A stretch of 64,000 bases of DNA from assembly GCA_003249165.1 (NCBI GenBank), contig QKJV01000098.1, forward strand, positions 19,793 through 83,792, read 5' to 3'. Each line of letters opens with the position of its first letter. Within the stretch, counting starts at the first letter, position 1. The notes beneath the pieces were generated by a model. That model had not been told where the DNA came from and ran no database searches. It worked only from the letters and a program-made list of their open reading frames with translations. The translations under genes and the position numbers were made by a program. The DNA comes from Desulfobulbaceae bacterium. Lineage in GTDB: Bacteria; Desulfobacterota; Desulfobulbia; Desulfobulbales; SURF-16. Positions 9,484 through 18,512 of the stretch are shown in pieces.

Positions 9484-10809
9484 ATGTTTTACTGGAAAGG
9501 CAAGACTGAAAACAATCTGACATTGACTGAAGAACTGCTTTCATGTGGCTCAATTAAATCAATTCAAATAGCCACAGCTTTTATCTCCGCCGAAGGTGTT
9601 GCAATTGTGCGTCAACTCCTGGAGAAGTATCAGCTTTCAAAGGAACGCATCTTGCTCTATTTATCCGAGCAATTCTCGTCCGACAAACCGGGGGATTTGC
9701 TTGAACAGTTATTTGAAATTAGCACTGTAAAGGTTTTGTTTGACCAGAGCTTTCACGCCAAGGTGTTCTTGCTTTCCGGAGTAGAAACCAAACTTATTTA
9801 TGGCTCGTCGAATTTAACGGCGGGCGGTTTTACCCGAAACATGGAATTTGATTATATTGGAATACCCTCCAAAGAAGAATTAGAGAAAGTCCTTGAATTT
9901 TTCAGATATTGCGACAGGCTTTCAACTGCGGTCAGCAGTGAAGTGATAACTTACTATAAGGAACTGCAACCTGCACTTGATGAGTTAAATCAAACACAGT
10001 GGTTTCTAAAAAAACGTCTTACTGGTTTTTCTAAAAAAGAAGATCCATTTCGTGAAGATGATTATGATTTGTCAGACAGCTACTTTTCTTTTGAGGACTA
10101 CGAGACATTTTTTTCACGCAACGCTCAAAGTAACGATGCCCAAATCCGCCACCGTAGATTAAGCGTTCAACAAAAAATGCTTGCTGTCCACCAAATGATA
10201 TACCCTAAAATTAGAAGTCTTGGTATTGCACATCATAAACGAGAGAAAAATATCACTTCAACCGTCGAACCAAACATATATAACCACCATTCCGTGGGCT
10301 GGATTGGCGTTCGGTACGGGAAATTACCGCATGAGATTGACTGGCTTAACGCTGGACGCGAAAGTGATGACGATGCTTATGGCTTCCAAAAGCATGGTTG
10401 CTTACAATTCAGCATCAACAGTGGTGGGTTTGATATAAATCTGTTTTTAGCAGTTCGAAATGATGCGATAGACCGCATGAAACTCAGTGAGCATCAATTT
10501 AAAATGCTGTTTGAACAGCGCCCGCAGATTGAAACTGAAATGAGAAACCTTGTGGGACACGGCTTTGAATGGCGAATAGAAAATGGGGCAGAACCCTTTC
10601 GAGTTGATAACGACCCAGTCGAAAATTTCTGTGACTGGTTTAAGGTCAATGACTCGGATGGATACGAATCATATTTGATAAAATATTACGAGCCAGGCGA
10701 TCCGATATTAAAAAGCAAAGAGAGCATTTCCGCTGAGGTTATTCGTGTCATGACGATGCTCCAACCACTATATGACACTATGGTATGGCGGCCGCTGAAA
10801 AAGTCGTAG
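9484..10809 (+). CDS. PLD-family (single HKD) nuclease-like protein with an unknown ~270-aa C-terminal domain
   Basis: HAKVFLL...GSSNLTAGG is an HxK(x4)D...GSxN motif. I chose the internal ATG at 9484 (RBS ggaga, 10 nt after the sbcC stop) over the track start at 9442, which overlaps sbcC. Confidence 0.6.
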   Translation: MFYWKGKTENNLTLTEELLSCGSIKSIQIATAFISAEGVAIVRQLLEKYQLSKERILLYLSEQFSSDKPGDLLEQLFEISTVKVLFDQSFHAKVFLLSGVETKLIYGSSNLTAGGFTRNMEFDYIGIPSKEELEKVLEFFRYCDRLSTAVSSEVITYYKELQPALDELNQTQWFLKKRLTGFSKKEDPFREDDYDLSDSYFSFEDYETFFSRNAQSNDAQIRHRRLSVQQKMLAVHQMIYPKIRSLGIAHHKREKNITSTVEPNIYNHHSVGWIGVRYGKLPHEIDWLNAGRESDDDAYGFQKHGCLQFSINSGGFDINLFLAVRNDAIDRMKLSEHQFKMLFEQRPQIETEMRNLVGHGFEWRIENGAEPFRVDNDPVENFCDWFKVNDSDGYESYLIKYYEPGDPILKSKESISAEVIRVMTMLQPLYDTMVWRPLKKS

Positions 10810-11122
10810 GAGAAAGAATCAAATACCAACATGCGGTAAAAGTATCAACCTATTTTTGTTGGATGGAAAACCGATGGGGTGCATTGCATGCACTCTTGTC
10901 ATCTGGACTGGTGTAGTGTATTGAATTGCATAGGAAACTGACGGACACTGCAGGTTCGGTGTTTGAAGATAAGGAGCAAGGTCTCACTCGAAGTGCAAGA
11001 CGAAACCAATGACGGTTTCTCGCAGTAGGCTGTGCGGTCGGCGCCTGAAAACTGCCGGACGCTGCGGGTGCGTCAGAGCGGATTTGAGAAATTAAGCAAT
11101 TGCAGTACAGGAGGAAAGTTCA

Positions 11123-14098
11123 ATGGAATTCAAAAAGGAAGCCATAGGCAATAACTACTTAGCTTATTTTCCCGTAGTTGATGAGTTTCCAAGTGCAGAC
11201 GAAGTAGTCTGCACTTGGAAACAAAACGTCTTTGATTATGTTGTCGAAACAGAATCGACTAAAGGTTTTCGCGCCGCGCAGTTAGGCGCAATTTTTGCGG
11301 TAAAATCCCATTGGACTATTTCCGAAGCCCCTGTAACTGTTGTTATGCCGACCGGTACAGGAAAAACAGAAACTATGTTTGCAACAATTGTGTCTGAATG
11401 CCGTAAACGCACACTTATCGTTGTTCCCAGTAATTTACTTCGCCAACAGACTGTAGAGAGATGCTTAAAGTTAGAAAGGCTGCGTGAGTTCAACGCAATA
11501 AGTGATAAATGCCTTAACCCAGTTATCGCTTGTCTCAATTCATCTCCGACGAATAAGAATGAACTAAAAAACATTATCGAGAGAAGTAATGTTATTATTT
11601 CGACAGCTTCGCTTCTAAGCGGTTTTACTGACGAATATTTTAATGTCTTGTCTGAACTCTGCGATACATTGATTGTTGACGAAGCGCATCATACTCCTGC
11701 AAAATCGTGGCATAGAACAAAGCTGAAGTTTGCTGGTAGGCTTTGCATCCAGTTTACAGCTACACCATTTCGAGATGATGGGCAAAAAATTGACGGCAAG
11801 ATAATATATAACTTCCCATTGTCACTTGCCCAAAAACAAGGCTATTTCAAGCCAATTAACTTTTATCCGATTCTTGAGTTTGACTACGATAAAAAAGATT
11901 TAGCCATTGCTAATAAAGCTGTAGAAATTCTTGAAACTGATTTATCAAATGAATATCCCCATTTGCTCTTAGTTCGCGCGTCAACCAAAAAGCGAGCTGA
12001 AGAACTATATAATCTTTACTGTCAACATTTTGATAAGCACAGTCCAGTTCTTATCGTCAGTGGTCAAAAAGGAAATAAGCAGTCGATTGCCGATGCAAAA
12101 AGCGGAAAAGCAAAAATCATTGTTTGCGTAGATATGTTTGGAGAGGGCATAGACATTCCTCAATTGAAGATTTGCGCCATTCATGACAAGTATAAATCAA
12201 TTCCAATAACTATCCAGTTTATCGGGCGTTTTGCACGCTCGCAAGGCAATCTTGGTAATGCTTCGGTCGTAGCTAATATTGCAGATGATGATATCGAAGA
12301 TGCCTTGCAGGAATTGTATTCACAAGACGCGGATTGGAGCGAACTCCTAAAGAAAATTTCTGAAGATAAAATAAGCAAAGAGGAGCGGTTGCAAGAGTTA
12401 GTCAGAGACTTTACGGGAAAAGAAGAAATTCCTATTTCACAAATTCGACCCAAAGTCAGTATGTTTATGTATCATACTGACGACAAAAATTGGAATTGGG
12501 GGAACTGGGATTCAGTTTTCAATCCCGAACACAGTCATTGCTGTGTTAACCAAAAGGCTAAGATATTAATTATCACGGAACGCGATATAAGTTCTGTTGA
12601 CTGGACAACCAGTAAAGACATAGTTGACCTTACTTGGCAATTACACATTCTATACTGGAATGAAAAGAAGAAAGTCTTTTTCATCAACACTACCGACAAA
12701 GGATTAGCTGACCGTTTTGCCTCAGCAATATTTACTTCCAAGAAACGAAAAGCAGATGAAGATTTATTCAGATGCTTATCAGGTGTCAACCGACTAAAAC
12801 TTGCAACCGTAGGTCTGAAGCCTAAGAACGGAGGGCATATCAGGTATCAAATGTATGCCGGTATCGATGTAGAAGCTGGACTCACTGAAGCACAAAAAGT
12901 GAATGTGAGAAAGTCAAATCTATTCGGTGTAGGGTATGAAGACGGCAAAGATATTAGTATTGGGTGTTCTTATAAAGGTACTGTTTGGGCAAAGTGGGTA
13001 GAGACATTGGATTACTGGATTGAATGGTGTAATAAGGTGGCCGACAAAATTCTGGACAGCAGTATTAGCGTAGAGGAAATCTTAAAAGGCGCACTAATCC
13101 AAACCGTTGTCACGAGTCGACCTGACGCAGTACCATATGGAATTGACTTCCCTATCGAATTATATTTGAGCAGCTCATATTACTTAAAAGCTGGGGTCAT
13201 GGATGACTATCTGATAAACTTCGATATTGCATTAACAGTAGAAGATAACTCGTCACCACTAACCTTTTCGGTGTCAAATGGTCAAATGAGCGAGGAATTT
13301 ACTCTTGAAGTGTCAGATAAATATAGTGACGGTTTTATGGTGTCGCACAAAAGCGGGGATTTAATATTGGTAAGCGACAGGAAGAAGGAACGGTATTTAT
13401 CGGAATATTTCTGCGAAAACCCGCCTGAAATACGGTTTTGCGACCAGTCATCGCTTGATGGAAATCTATTAACGCGAGCAAAAATTCATGATACAAAATT
13501 TAGCAATGGCAACATCACTGTGCTTAACTGGGATGGGGTTGACATAAAGAAGGAATCACAATGGCAGACTGGCATAGGTGTAAAAGCAAATGATAGTATC
13601 CAATATAAAGTGATTTCTATGCTGAAATCAACGAATAAATATGCCGTTATATTTGATGATGATGACAAGGGCGAAATCGCCGATGTTGTTGCAATAATTG
13701 AAGAGCCAACAGCAATCAGGTTTGAATTGTACCATTGCAAGTTTTCTGGCGGAGGTGAAGCAGGCTTCCGAGTTAAGGATTTGTATGAGGTTTGCGGACA
13801 AGCGGAGAAGTGTGTGAACTGGTATCCTCGCATAGACAAACTTATAGACAGGTTGATTGAGAGAGAAAGCAAACGACTGTCAAAGCCGCAAGGTACTCGC
13901 TTCGAAGTAGGTGATGGCAAGACACTTCAATCGCTCAAAAAGAAACTTAAATTTTTTAGACCTGAATTTAGTGTATACATTGTACAGCCGGGTGTTGACA
14001 GCAAAAGAATAACACAACCTATGCACGATGTACTATGTAGTGCTTCATCTTATCTTAAAGAAACATATGCCATACAGTTGCAGCTGATTTGTTCTTGA
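11123..14098 (+). CDS. SF2 (DEAD/DEAH, ResIII-type) helicase fused to a C-terminal PD-(D/E)xK-like domain; single-protein helicase/nuclease architecture
   Basis: Motifs MPTGTGKTE (I), IVDEAHHTPA (II), FTATPFR (III), GEGIDIP (V), QFIGRFAR (VI). C-terminus has GEIADVVAI...FELYHCKFS. RBS aggagg. Confidence 0.6.
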   Translation: MEFKKEAIGNNYLAYFPVVDEFPSADEVVCTWKQNVFDYVVETESTKGFRAAQLGAIFAVKSHWTISEAPVTVVMPTGTGKTETMFATIVSECRKRTLIVVPSNLLRQQTVERCLKLERLREFNAISDKCLNPVIACLNSSPTNKNELKNIIERSNVIISTASLLSGFTDEYFNVLSELCDTLIVDEAHHTPAKSWHRTKLKFAGRLCIQFTATPFRDDGQKIDGKIIYNFPLSLAQKQGYFKPINFYPILEFDYDKKDLAIANKAVEILETDLSNEYPHLLLVRASTKKRAEELYNLYCQHFDKHSPVLIVSGQKGNKQSIADAKSGKAKIIVCVDMFGEGIDIPQLKICAIHDKYKSIPITIQFIGRFARSQGNLGNASVVANIADDDIEDALQELYSQDADWSELLKKISEDKISKEERLQELVRDFTGKEEIPISQIRPKVSMFMYHTDDKNWNWGNWDSVFNPEHSHCCVNQKAKILIITERDISSVDWTTSKDIVDLTWQLHILYWNEKKKVFFINTTDKGLADRFASAIFTSKKRKADEDLFRCLSGVNRLKLATVGLKPKNGGHIRYQMYAGIDVEAGLTEAQKVNVRKSNLFGVGYEDGKDISIGCSYKGTVWAKWVETLDYWIEWCNKVADKILDSSISVEEILKGALIQTVVTSRPDAVPYGIDFPIELYLSSSYYLKAGVMDDYLINFDIALTVEDNSSPLTFSVSNGQMSEEFTLEVSDKYSDGFMVSHKSGDLILVSDRKKERYLSEYFCENPPEIRFCDQSSLDGNLLTRAKIHDTKFSNGNITVLNWDGVDIKKESQWQTGIGVKANDSIQYKVISMLKSTNKYAVIFDDDDKGEIADVVAIIEEPTAIRFELYHCKFSGGGEAGFRVKDLYEVCGQAEKCVNWYPRIDKLIDRLIERESKRLSKPQGTRFEVGDGKTLQSLKKKLKFFRPEFSVYIVQPGVDSKRITQPMHDVLCSASSYLKETYAIQLQLICS

Positions 14099-14237
14099 TC
14101 GCTAAAATCAAAAGAACATCAGAATTTAGAAAATTCGCTGCGAAGGACAATCAGCGATAAGGGTGTCCAACTTTTAACGATTTGCATTCGGGTGGTGGAT
14201 TTTATCAATATGGTAGGACATGAACCTGTACGATATA

Positions 14238-14418
14238 ATTGACTTGTTTCCCAGAACGGATAAAAGCATAAAAGTTCAGTGGACATGTTTCCACGCACGG
14301 ATAATGCCCATAAAAACCACTATCGACATATTCCCACGAACAGAAAATCAGCAAAACACATACCAGACATCAATCTGATGCTATCGTTCCACGTTGAGAC
14401 GGTCGTATTGATAACAAG
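14238..14418. repeat. Copy 1 of a ~180-bp direct repeat (partner at 41702-41881)
   Basis: Hand alignment gives roughly 80 percent identity, higher in the 3-prime half. Contains three TTCC(N2-3)GAACGGA-like motifs (14246, 14287, 14330) and the palindrome CATCAATCTGATG (14368-14380). Confidence 0.85.
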
Positions 14419-14984
14419 GGTTAACAAGCAAGTGTAGTAAGAAGCCTGTAAACAAAGGCTTTCAAAGGTTTGAGAGTGAAAAATCGAAGTGATAAAAACG
14501 TGAAAATATCTGTTCGCGGGAACAAGTCCAAAGTCATGATTTTGAACGTGACAGAGCGATTTAGATGTCGGTGCTTAGTGAGTGGTTGGGAATGGTGTGC
14601 AGCGCTACGCTGATGTCCTCGGCAAGCTGCTTTCTCTGCTTGCCTGTGATGTTGTAGGGTATTGTCATTTTCATGTAAAAATCCTCCGTTCTTTTAATCT
14701 TCTTAAAAGGCTGTCGCGTTTTGCGACTCCCTTTGCTCGATGGGCTGTACCAATGGACGCTGAACACTTCGTTCACCGTTCCGGTCAGCCCGGTTCCTTC
14801 TTTTCGGTATGTGTATATTCGCTCTGAATGCACAGAATAGCAAGTCATTTTCGAGAGATGTATCAGAAAATTAAAAGTTTTCCGCAGGACATTTTCTTAT
14901 AATGTGCGAAACAGTATTGTATTTTGAGATATTTTGTGCTATTATATAGTTTAGATTATTGTGTATTAAGGCTGGAGGCGTAAT

Positions 14985-15197
14985 ATGGCTACCTCATATA
15001 ACAAGCTATGGAAACTGCTCGTAGACAAGAAAATGAGCAAGGCCGACTTGCGAAAAGCCTCCGGTGTGTCTCCTAACACGATGACAAAACTGCGCCGGGA
15101 CGAGCCGGTCATGCTGAGTGTGCTGGACAAGATATGTAAAACGTTGGATGCCAATTATGGGGACATCGTTGACTATGTGCCGGATGATACTTTTTAA
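14985..15197 (+). CDS. XRE/Cro-type helix-turn-helix regulator
   Basis: YNKLWKLLVDKKMSKADLRKASGVSPNTMTKLRRDEPVMLSVLDKICKTLD is a typical short HTH_26/XRE protein. RBS ggagg. Confidence 0.8.
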   Translation: MATSYNKLWKLLVDKKMSKADLRKASGVSPNTMTKLRRDEPVMLSVLDKICKTLDANYGDIVDYVPDDTF

Positions 15198-15280
15198 TGT
15201 TACTATGAGGAATGAAAATAAAACTTCTTACGTATCAAGCTTGTTCAAATATAAGAATTAATTGATGGGAGTGATAATTT

Positions 15281-16453
15281 ATGGCGCAACTTGCCGAAAT
15301 CATCAAGTATGAAGGAGATAATTCTACCTTCATATGGAAGCATCCTTGTGAGGACTTCAACACAACTACACAGTTGATTGTTCATGAGTCGCAGGAAGCG
15401 ATATTCTTTATGAACGGTCAGGCGTTAGATTTGTTTGGAGCGGGTCGGTACACGCTCGAAACCGAAAATATCCCGCTCATCAAGAAGTTTCTCAACAAAC
15501 CGACAGGCGACAAAACGCCGTTTCATTGCGAAGTCTATTTCATCAATAAGACCGAGCAGATGGCGATTCGCTGGGGAACCGACAGCAAGGTGCAGTATGT
15601 AGAACCTACATATAAATTCCCGCTTTCCATTGGTGCAAGCGGTGAAATGGCTCTTTCTGTTGACGATTCGCGAAAACTACTCGTCAGACTCGTTGGCACG
15701 GAGCGTGTTTTGGAACAACCAAAGCTGGTGGCTTTCTTCCGGGCTTTCCTGATGACGAAGGTAAAAACCTACATTGCACAAACAATGAAAGCCAGTGCTA
15801 TCAATATATTTGAGATTGACGAGCATCTAGAGAGCTTCTCCACGGAAATCAGGGAACGCCTGATTAAAGACTTCTCGGATTACGGTGTTGCACTGAAACG
15901 CTTCTTCGTCACCACGATTGTGAAGCCGGACGGTGACCCTACATATGAGAAGTTCAAGGATTTGCATTACAGGCAATACGCCGATGTTGCTGAAGCCCAA
16001 CTTCAACAGAGAGTAGGCATCATCGAACAGCAAACCGAAGCCCAGCGTATGGTGATTGAGGCTCAGGGAATCGCACAAAAGCGAACTACCGAAGGTTACT
16101 CCTACCAGCAAGAGCGTGGATTCGATGTTGCTGAAAAGGTTGCCGCAAACGAAGGTGCTGGGAACTTCAGCAGTGCAGGAATCGGATTAGGCATGATGGC
16201 TGGAATCGGTGGTGCGGTCGGCGGCGCAGTAAGTGGCACCTTCAATGAAGCATTCGCTTCGATTGGAACGCCGAACGCTTCCGCTCCTAATCGGTTCTGT
16301 GACGCTTGTGGTGAGGAAATCACCCCCGGCGCGGCATTCTGCGATAATTGCGGAACTCAGCTAAGTTTACCTGATGTGTGCAATAAATGCGGGTTCAAGT
16401 TCATCAAGCCCGGCAAATTCTGCCCTAAATGCGGCACAAAGAGGGAGGGATAA
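15281..16453 (+). CDS. SPFH/band-7 family protein with a C-terminal double zinc ribbon (COG4260/YdjI-like)
   Basis: N-terminal IIKYEGDNSTFIWKHPCEDFNTTTQLIVHESQEAIFF is SPFH-like. Gly-rich linker. C-terminus has CDACG...CDNCG...CNKCG...CPKCG. Confidence 0.75.
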   Translation: MAQLAEIIKYEGDNSTFIWKHPCEDFNTTTQLIVHESQEAIFFMNGQALDLFGAGRYTLETENIPLIKKFLNKPTGDKTPFHCEVYFINKTEQMAIRWGTDSKVQYVEPTYKFPLSIGASGEMALSVDDSRKLLVRLVGTERVLEQPKLVAFFRAFLMTKVKTYIAQTMKASAINIFEIDEHLESFSTEIRERLIKDFSDYGVALKRFFVTTIVKPDGDPTYEKFKDLHYRQYADVAEAQLQQRVGIIEQQTEAQRMVIEAQGIAQKRTTEGYSYQQERGFDVAEKVAANEGAGNFSSAGIGLGMMAGIGGAVGGAVSGTFNEAFASIGTPNASAPNRFCDACGEEITPGAAFCDNCGTQLSLPDVCNKCGFKFIKPGKFCPKCGTKREG

Positions 16454-16456
16454 AGA

Positions 16457-17131
16457 ATGTCGAAGAATAAAAAGTTAGGGTACATAGTATTAGCCATATC
16501 GTTTGTCCTTTTCAATGTTATCGCGTTCGCAGTTCCGACAGACAAGACTTCCGCATTTTGGATCGCGTATGCCTTTACAGTAATCGCTTTTTCGGCACAG
16601 ATATTTATATGGAATCTGGCATTCAGCAAGGCTGGAACACTCAAAAGTAAATTCTTAGGGTTACCAATAATCCATGTTGGTATTGTTTATCTGATAATCC
16701 AGCTAGTCGCATTCGGTGTATTCTTAGCTCTTCCGTGGATTGCAAACTGGATTTCGATAATCAGTTGTGCCGTTATTCTCGGAGGTTCTGGAATTTGCTT
16801 GATAACTTCAGAGGTTGGGAGAGAAGAAATTGCACGGGTAGAAGAAAAGGTTCAGCGCAAGATTTCAGCAATCAAGGGCTTGCAAGCTGATGTTGAATTG
16901 ATTGCCGAGACGCAATCAGATGCCGCCGCAAAAGAGGCTCTCGAAGCCCTCGCGGATAAACTTAAATACAGTGATCCGATGAGCGACGATTCACTGGTTC
17001 CTATTGAAGATAATATTAGCGCAAAAATAACCTCTCTGAAAACTCAGCCAACAGCCGACATTTTGAACTCGGTTAAGCAAATAGAAATGTTGCTGTTGGA
17101 ACGAAATAATAAATCAAAGCTATTGAAATAG
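16457..17131 (+). CDS. Four-TM membrane protein with a helical cytoplasmic tail
   Basis: Four hydrophobic segments in the first ~115 aa. Starts 3 nt after the SPFH gene stop. Confidence 0.6.
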   Translation: MSKNKKLGYIVLAISFVLFNVIAFAVPTDKTSAFWIAYAFTVIAFSAQIFIWNLAFSKAGTLKSKFLGLPIIHVGIVYLIIQLVAFGVFLALPWIANWISIISCAVILGGSGICLITSEVGREEIARVEEKVQRKISAIKGLQADVELIAETQSDAAAKEALEALADKLKYSDPMSDDSLVPIEDNISAKITSLKTQPTADILNSVKQIEMLLLERNNKSKLLK

Positions 17132-17143
17132 GAGGGAATAACT

Positions 17144-18436
17144 ATGGCGGCACTTGTTTGCGATATTTGTGGAGGCAAATTGACAATGGGTTCCGGCGGC
17201 ATCGCGGTTTGCGATAGCTGTGGGATGGAGCACACTAAAGAACGTATGCAGGAGAAAGTTCAAGAGATAAAAGGTACTGTCCGTATAGATAACTCTCATA
17301 TGACTGACAGCTGGATGAAAATGGGTCATGCTGCGGCATCTGCGGGCAACCATAAAGAAGCATATGAATATTTCACTAAGGTAATAGAAGTTGATTCGGA
17401 AAATTGGCGTGCTATATATGAGAAAGGTAAAGCGGGTGCTTGGCAGTCTACGCTCGGCAACTTGCGAACCTCTGAAATTTACCAAGGCATTACATTGGCT
17501 CTTGAAATTATAAATCGCTCCAATTTGACAGAAGCCGAAGTTGTTGACTTAAAGAATGAGTTTGCCGTTGCTCTATTTAATATTAACAACGCCATTACAG
17601 ATTTAATGGAACAAAATCTATCCGAGTTAAATGATAAATATTTTGATTCGCATTGGGATCAAATGTGGAATACAAGACAGCGTTACCTCACAAATGTAGA
17701 GCAGTTGGAAGATGCATTAAGTTTGATTAGTGACTTAGAAGATGATTTGTCAAAAGGGAATGTTATCGAATTTAAGAAGAGAATGTGTGCAGACTTAAAA
17801 AACGCCTGCGAATCAATTCAATATTGGACGGATTACTCAGAATCGTCGTTAGGCTACTTGGGCTTCTCAGCATCCGAAAAACAAATATATTTGGATAAAT
17901 TTTGGAGTCTGGCAGATGATATTCGGTTAGTTGAGCCAGATTATGCCACAACGAAATACAGTCAACCGGATCCGTTTAATGCGGGATATGAATCTAACCG
18001 TGCGGATAGAATTATGCAATATTGGCAGAAGCAAGATGATGAAAGGCGATTGAAGAAAAAGAGAGAAGCACAAGAAAAACGATTCACAGAATACTGGAAT
18101 GCACACCCAGAAGAAAAGGCAATGCTTGAAGCTGAAGCTCAAAGCCTTACCCAACAGATAGTCGTACTTAACACGGAAATCAACAACGTTCCCGGGAAAG
18201 CGGAAATTACGAATATACAGGGCAGAATAAGCAAACTAAAGACCGACAAGGACGCTCTGAGTATCTTCAAAGGCAAAGAGAAGAAAGCTATTCAGGAGCA
18301 AATCGATGCTGCTACTTCGGAACTTAATGGTGTGCAGTCACGCCGCAATGCCGCTATCGAGGATATAAATCGGAAAATTGCTCCTTTGGAAAAGCGCAAA
18401 GTGGCAATTGCGGAAGAGTTTACCAAAGATAGATGA
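17144..18436 (+). CDS. N-terminal zinc-ribbon protein with TPR-like and coiled-coil regions (YdjG-like role proposed)
   Basis: MAALVCDICGGKL...CDSCGMEH zinc ribbon. HKEAYEYFTKVIEVDSENWRAIYEKG is TPR-like. K/E-rich coiled-coil C-terminus. RBS ggaggg. Confidence 0.5.
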   Translation: MAALVCDICGGKLTMGSGGIAVCDSCGMEHTKERMQEKVQEIKGTVRIDNSHMTDSWMKMGHAAASAGNHKEAYEYFTKVIEVDSENWRAIYEKGKAGAWQSTLGNLRTSEIYQGITLALEIINRSNLTEAEVVDLKNEFAVALFNINNAITDLMEQNLSELNDKYFDSHWDQMWNTRQRYLTNVEQLEDALSLISDLEDDLSKGNVIEFKKRMCADLKNACESIQYWTDYSESSLGYLGFSASEKQIYLDKFWSLADDIRLVEPDYATTKYSQPDPFNAGYESNRADRIMQYWQKQDDERRLKKKREAQEKRFTEYWNAHPEEKAMLEAEAQSLTQQIVVLNTEINNVPGKAEITNIQGRISKLKTDKDALSIFKGKEKKAIQEQIDAATSELNGVQSRRNAAIEDINRKIAPLEKRKVAIAEEFTKDR

Positions 18437-18512
18437 ATATGAGACAGCGTGTATAGATTTATATAAAAACGTACTCCGCGCTGTACTGATTTTTTTGAAA
18501 GGAGAGGTGTTT

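Noticed and set aside
1-14098. Classification of the left block as DISARM (SNF2 helicase + methylase + helicase + PLD).
   Set aside because: There is no DUF1998/DrmB-like gene and no DrmA-like large helicase. The 915-aa protein has the motifs and C-terminal nuclease of a type III Res. The PLD gene differs in composition from the SNF2/mod/res block.
14561-14848. Overlapping 95-aa (minus) and 81-aa (plus) ORFs downstream of repeat copy 1.
   Set aside because: Neither has a recognisable motif or a convincing RBS. The minus-strand one might contain a short gene fragment (MKMTIPYNITGKQRKQLAEDI...), but I cannot support a call. It may be a remnant.
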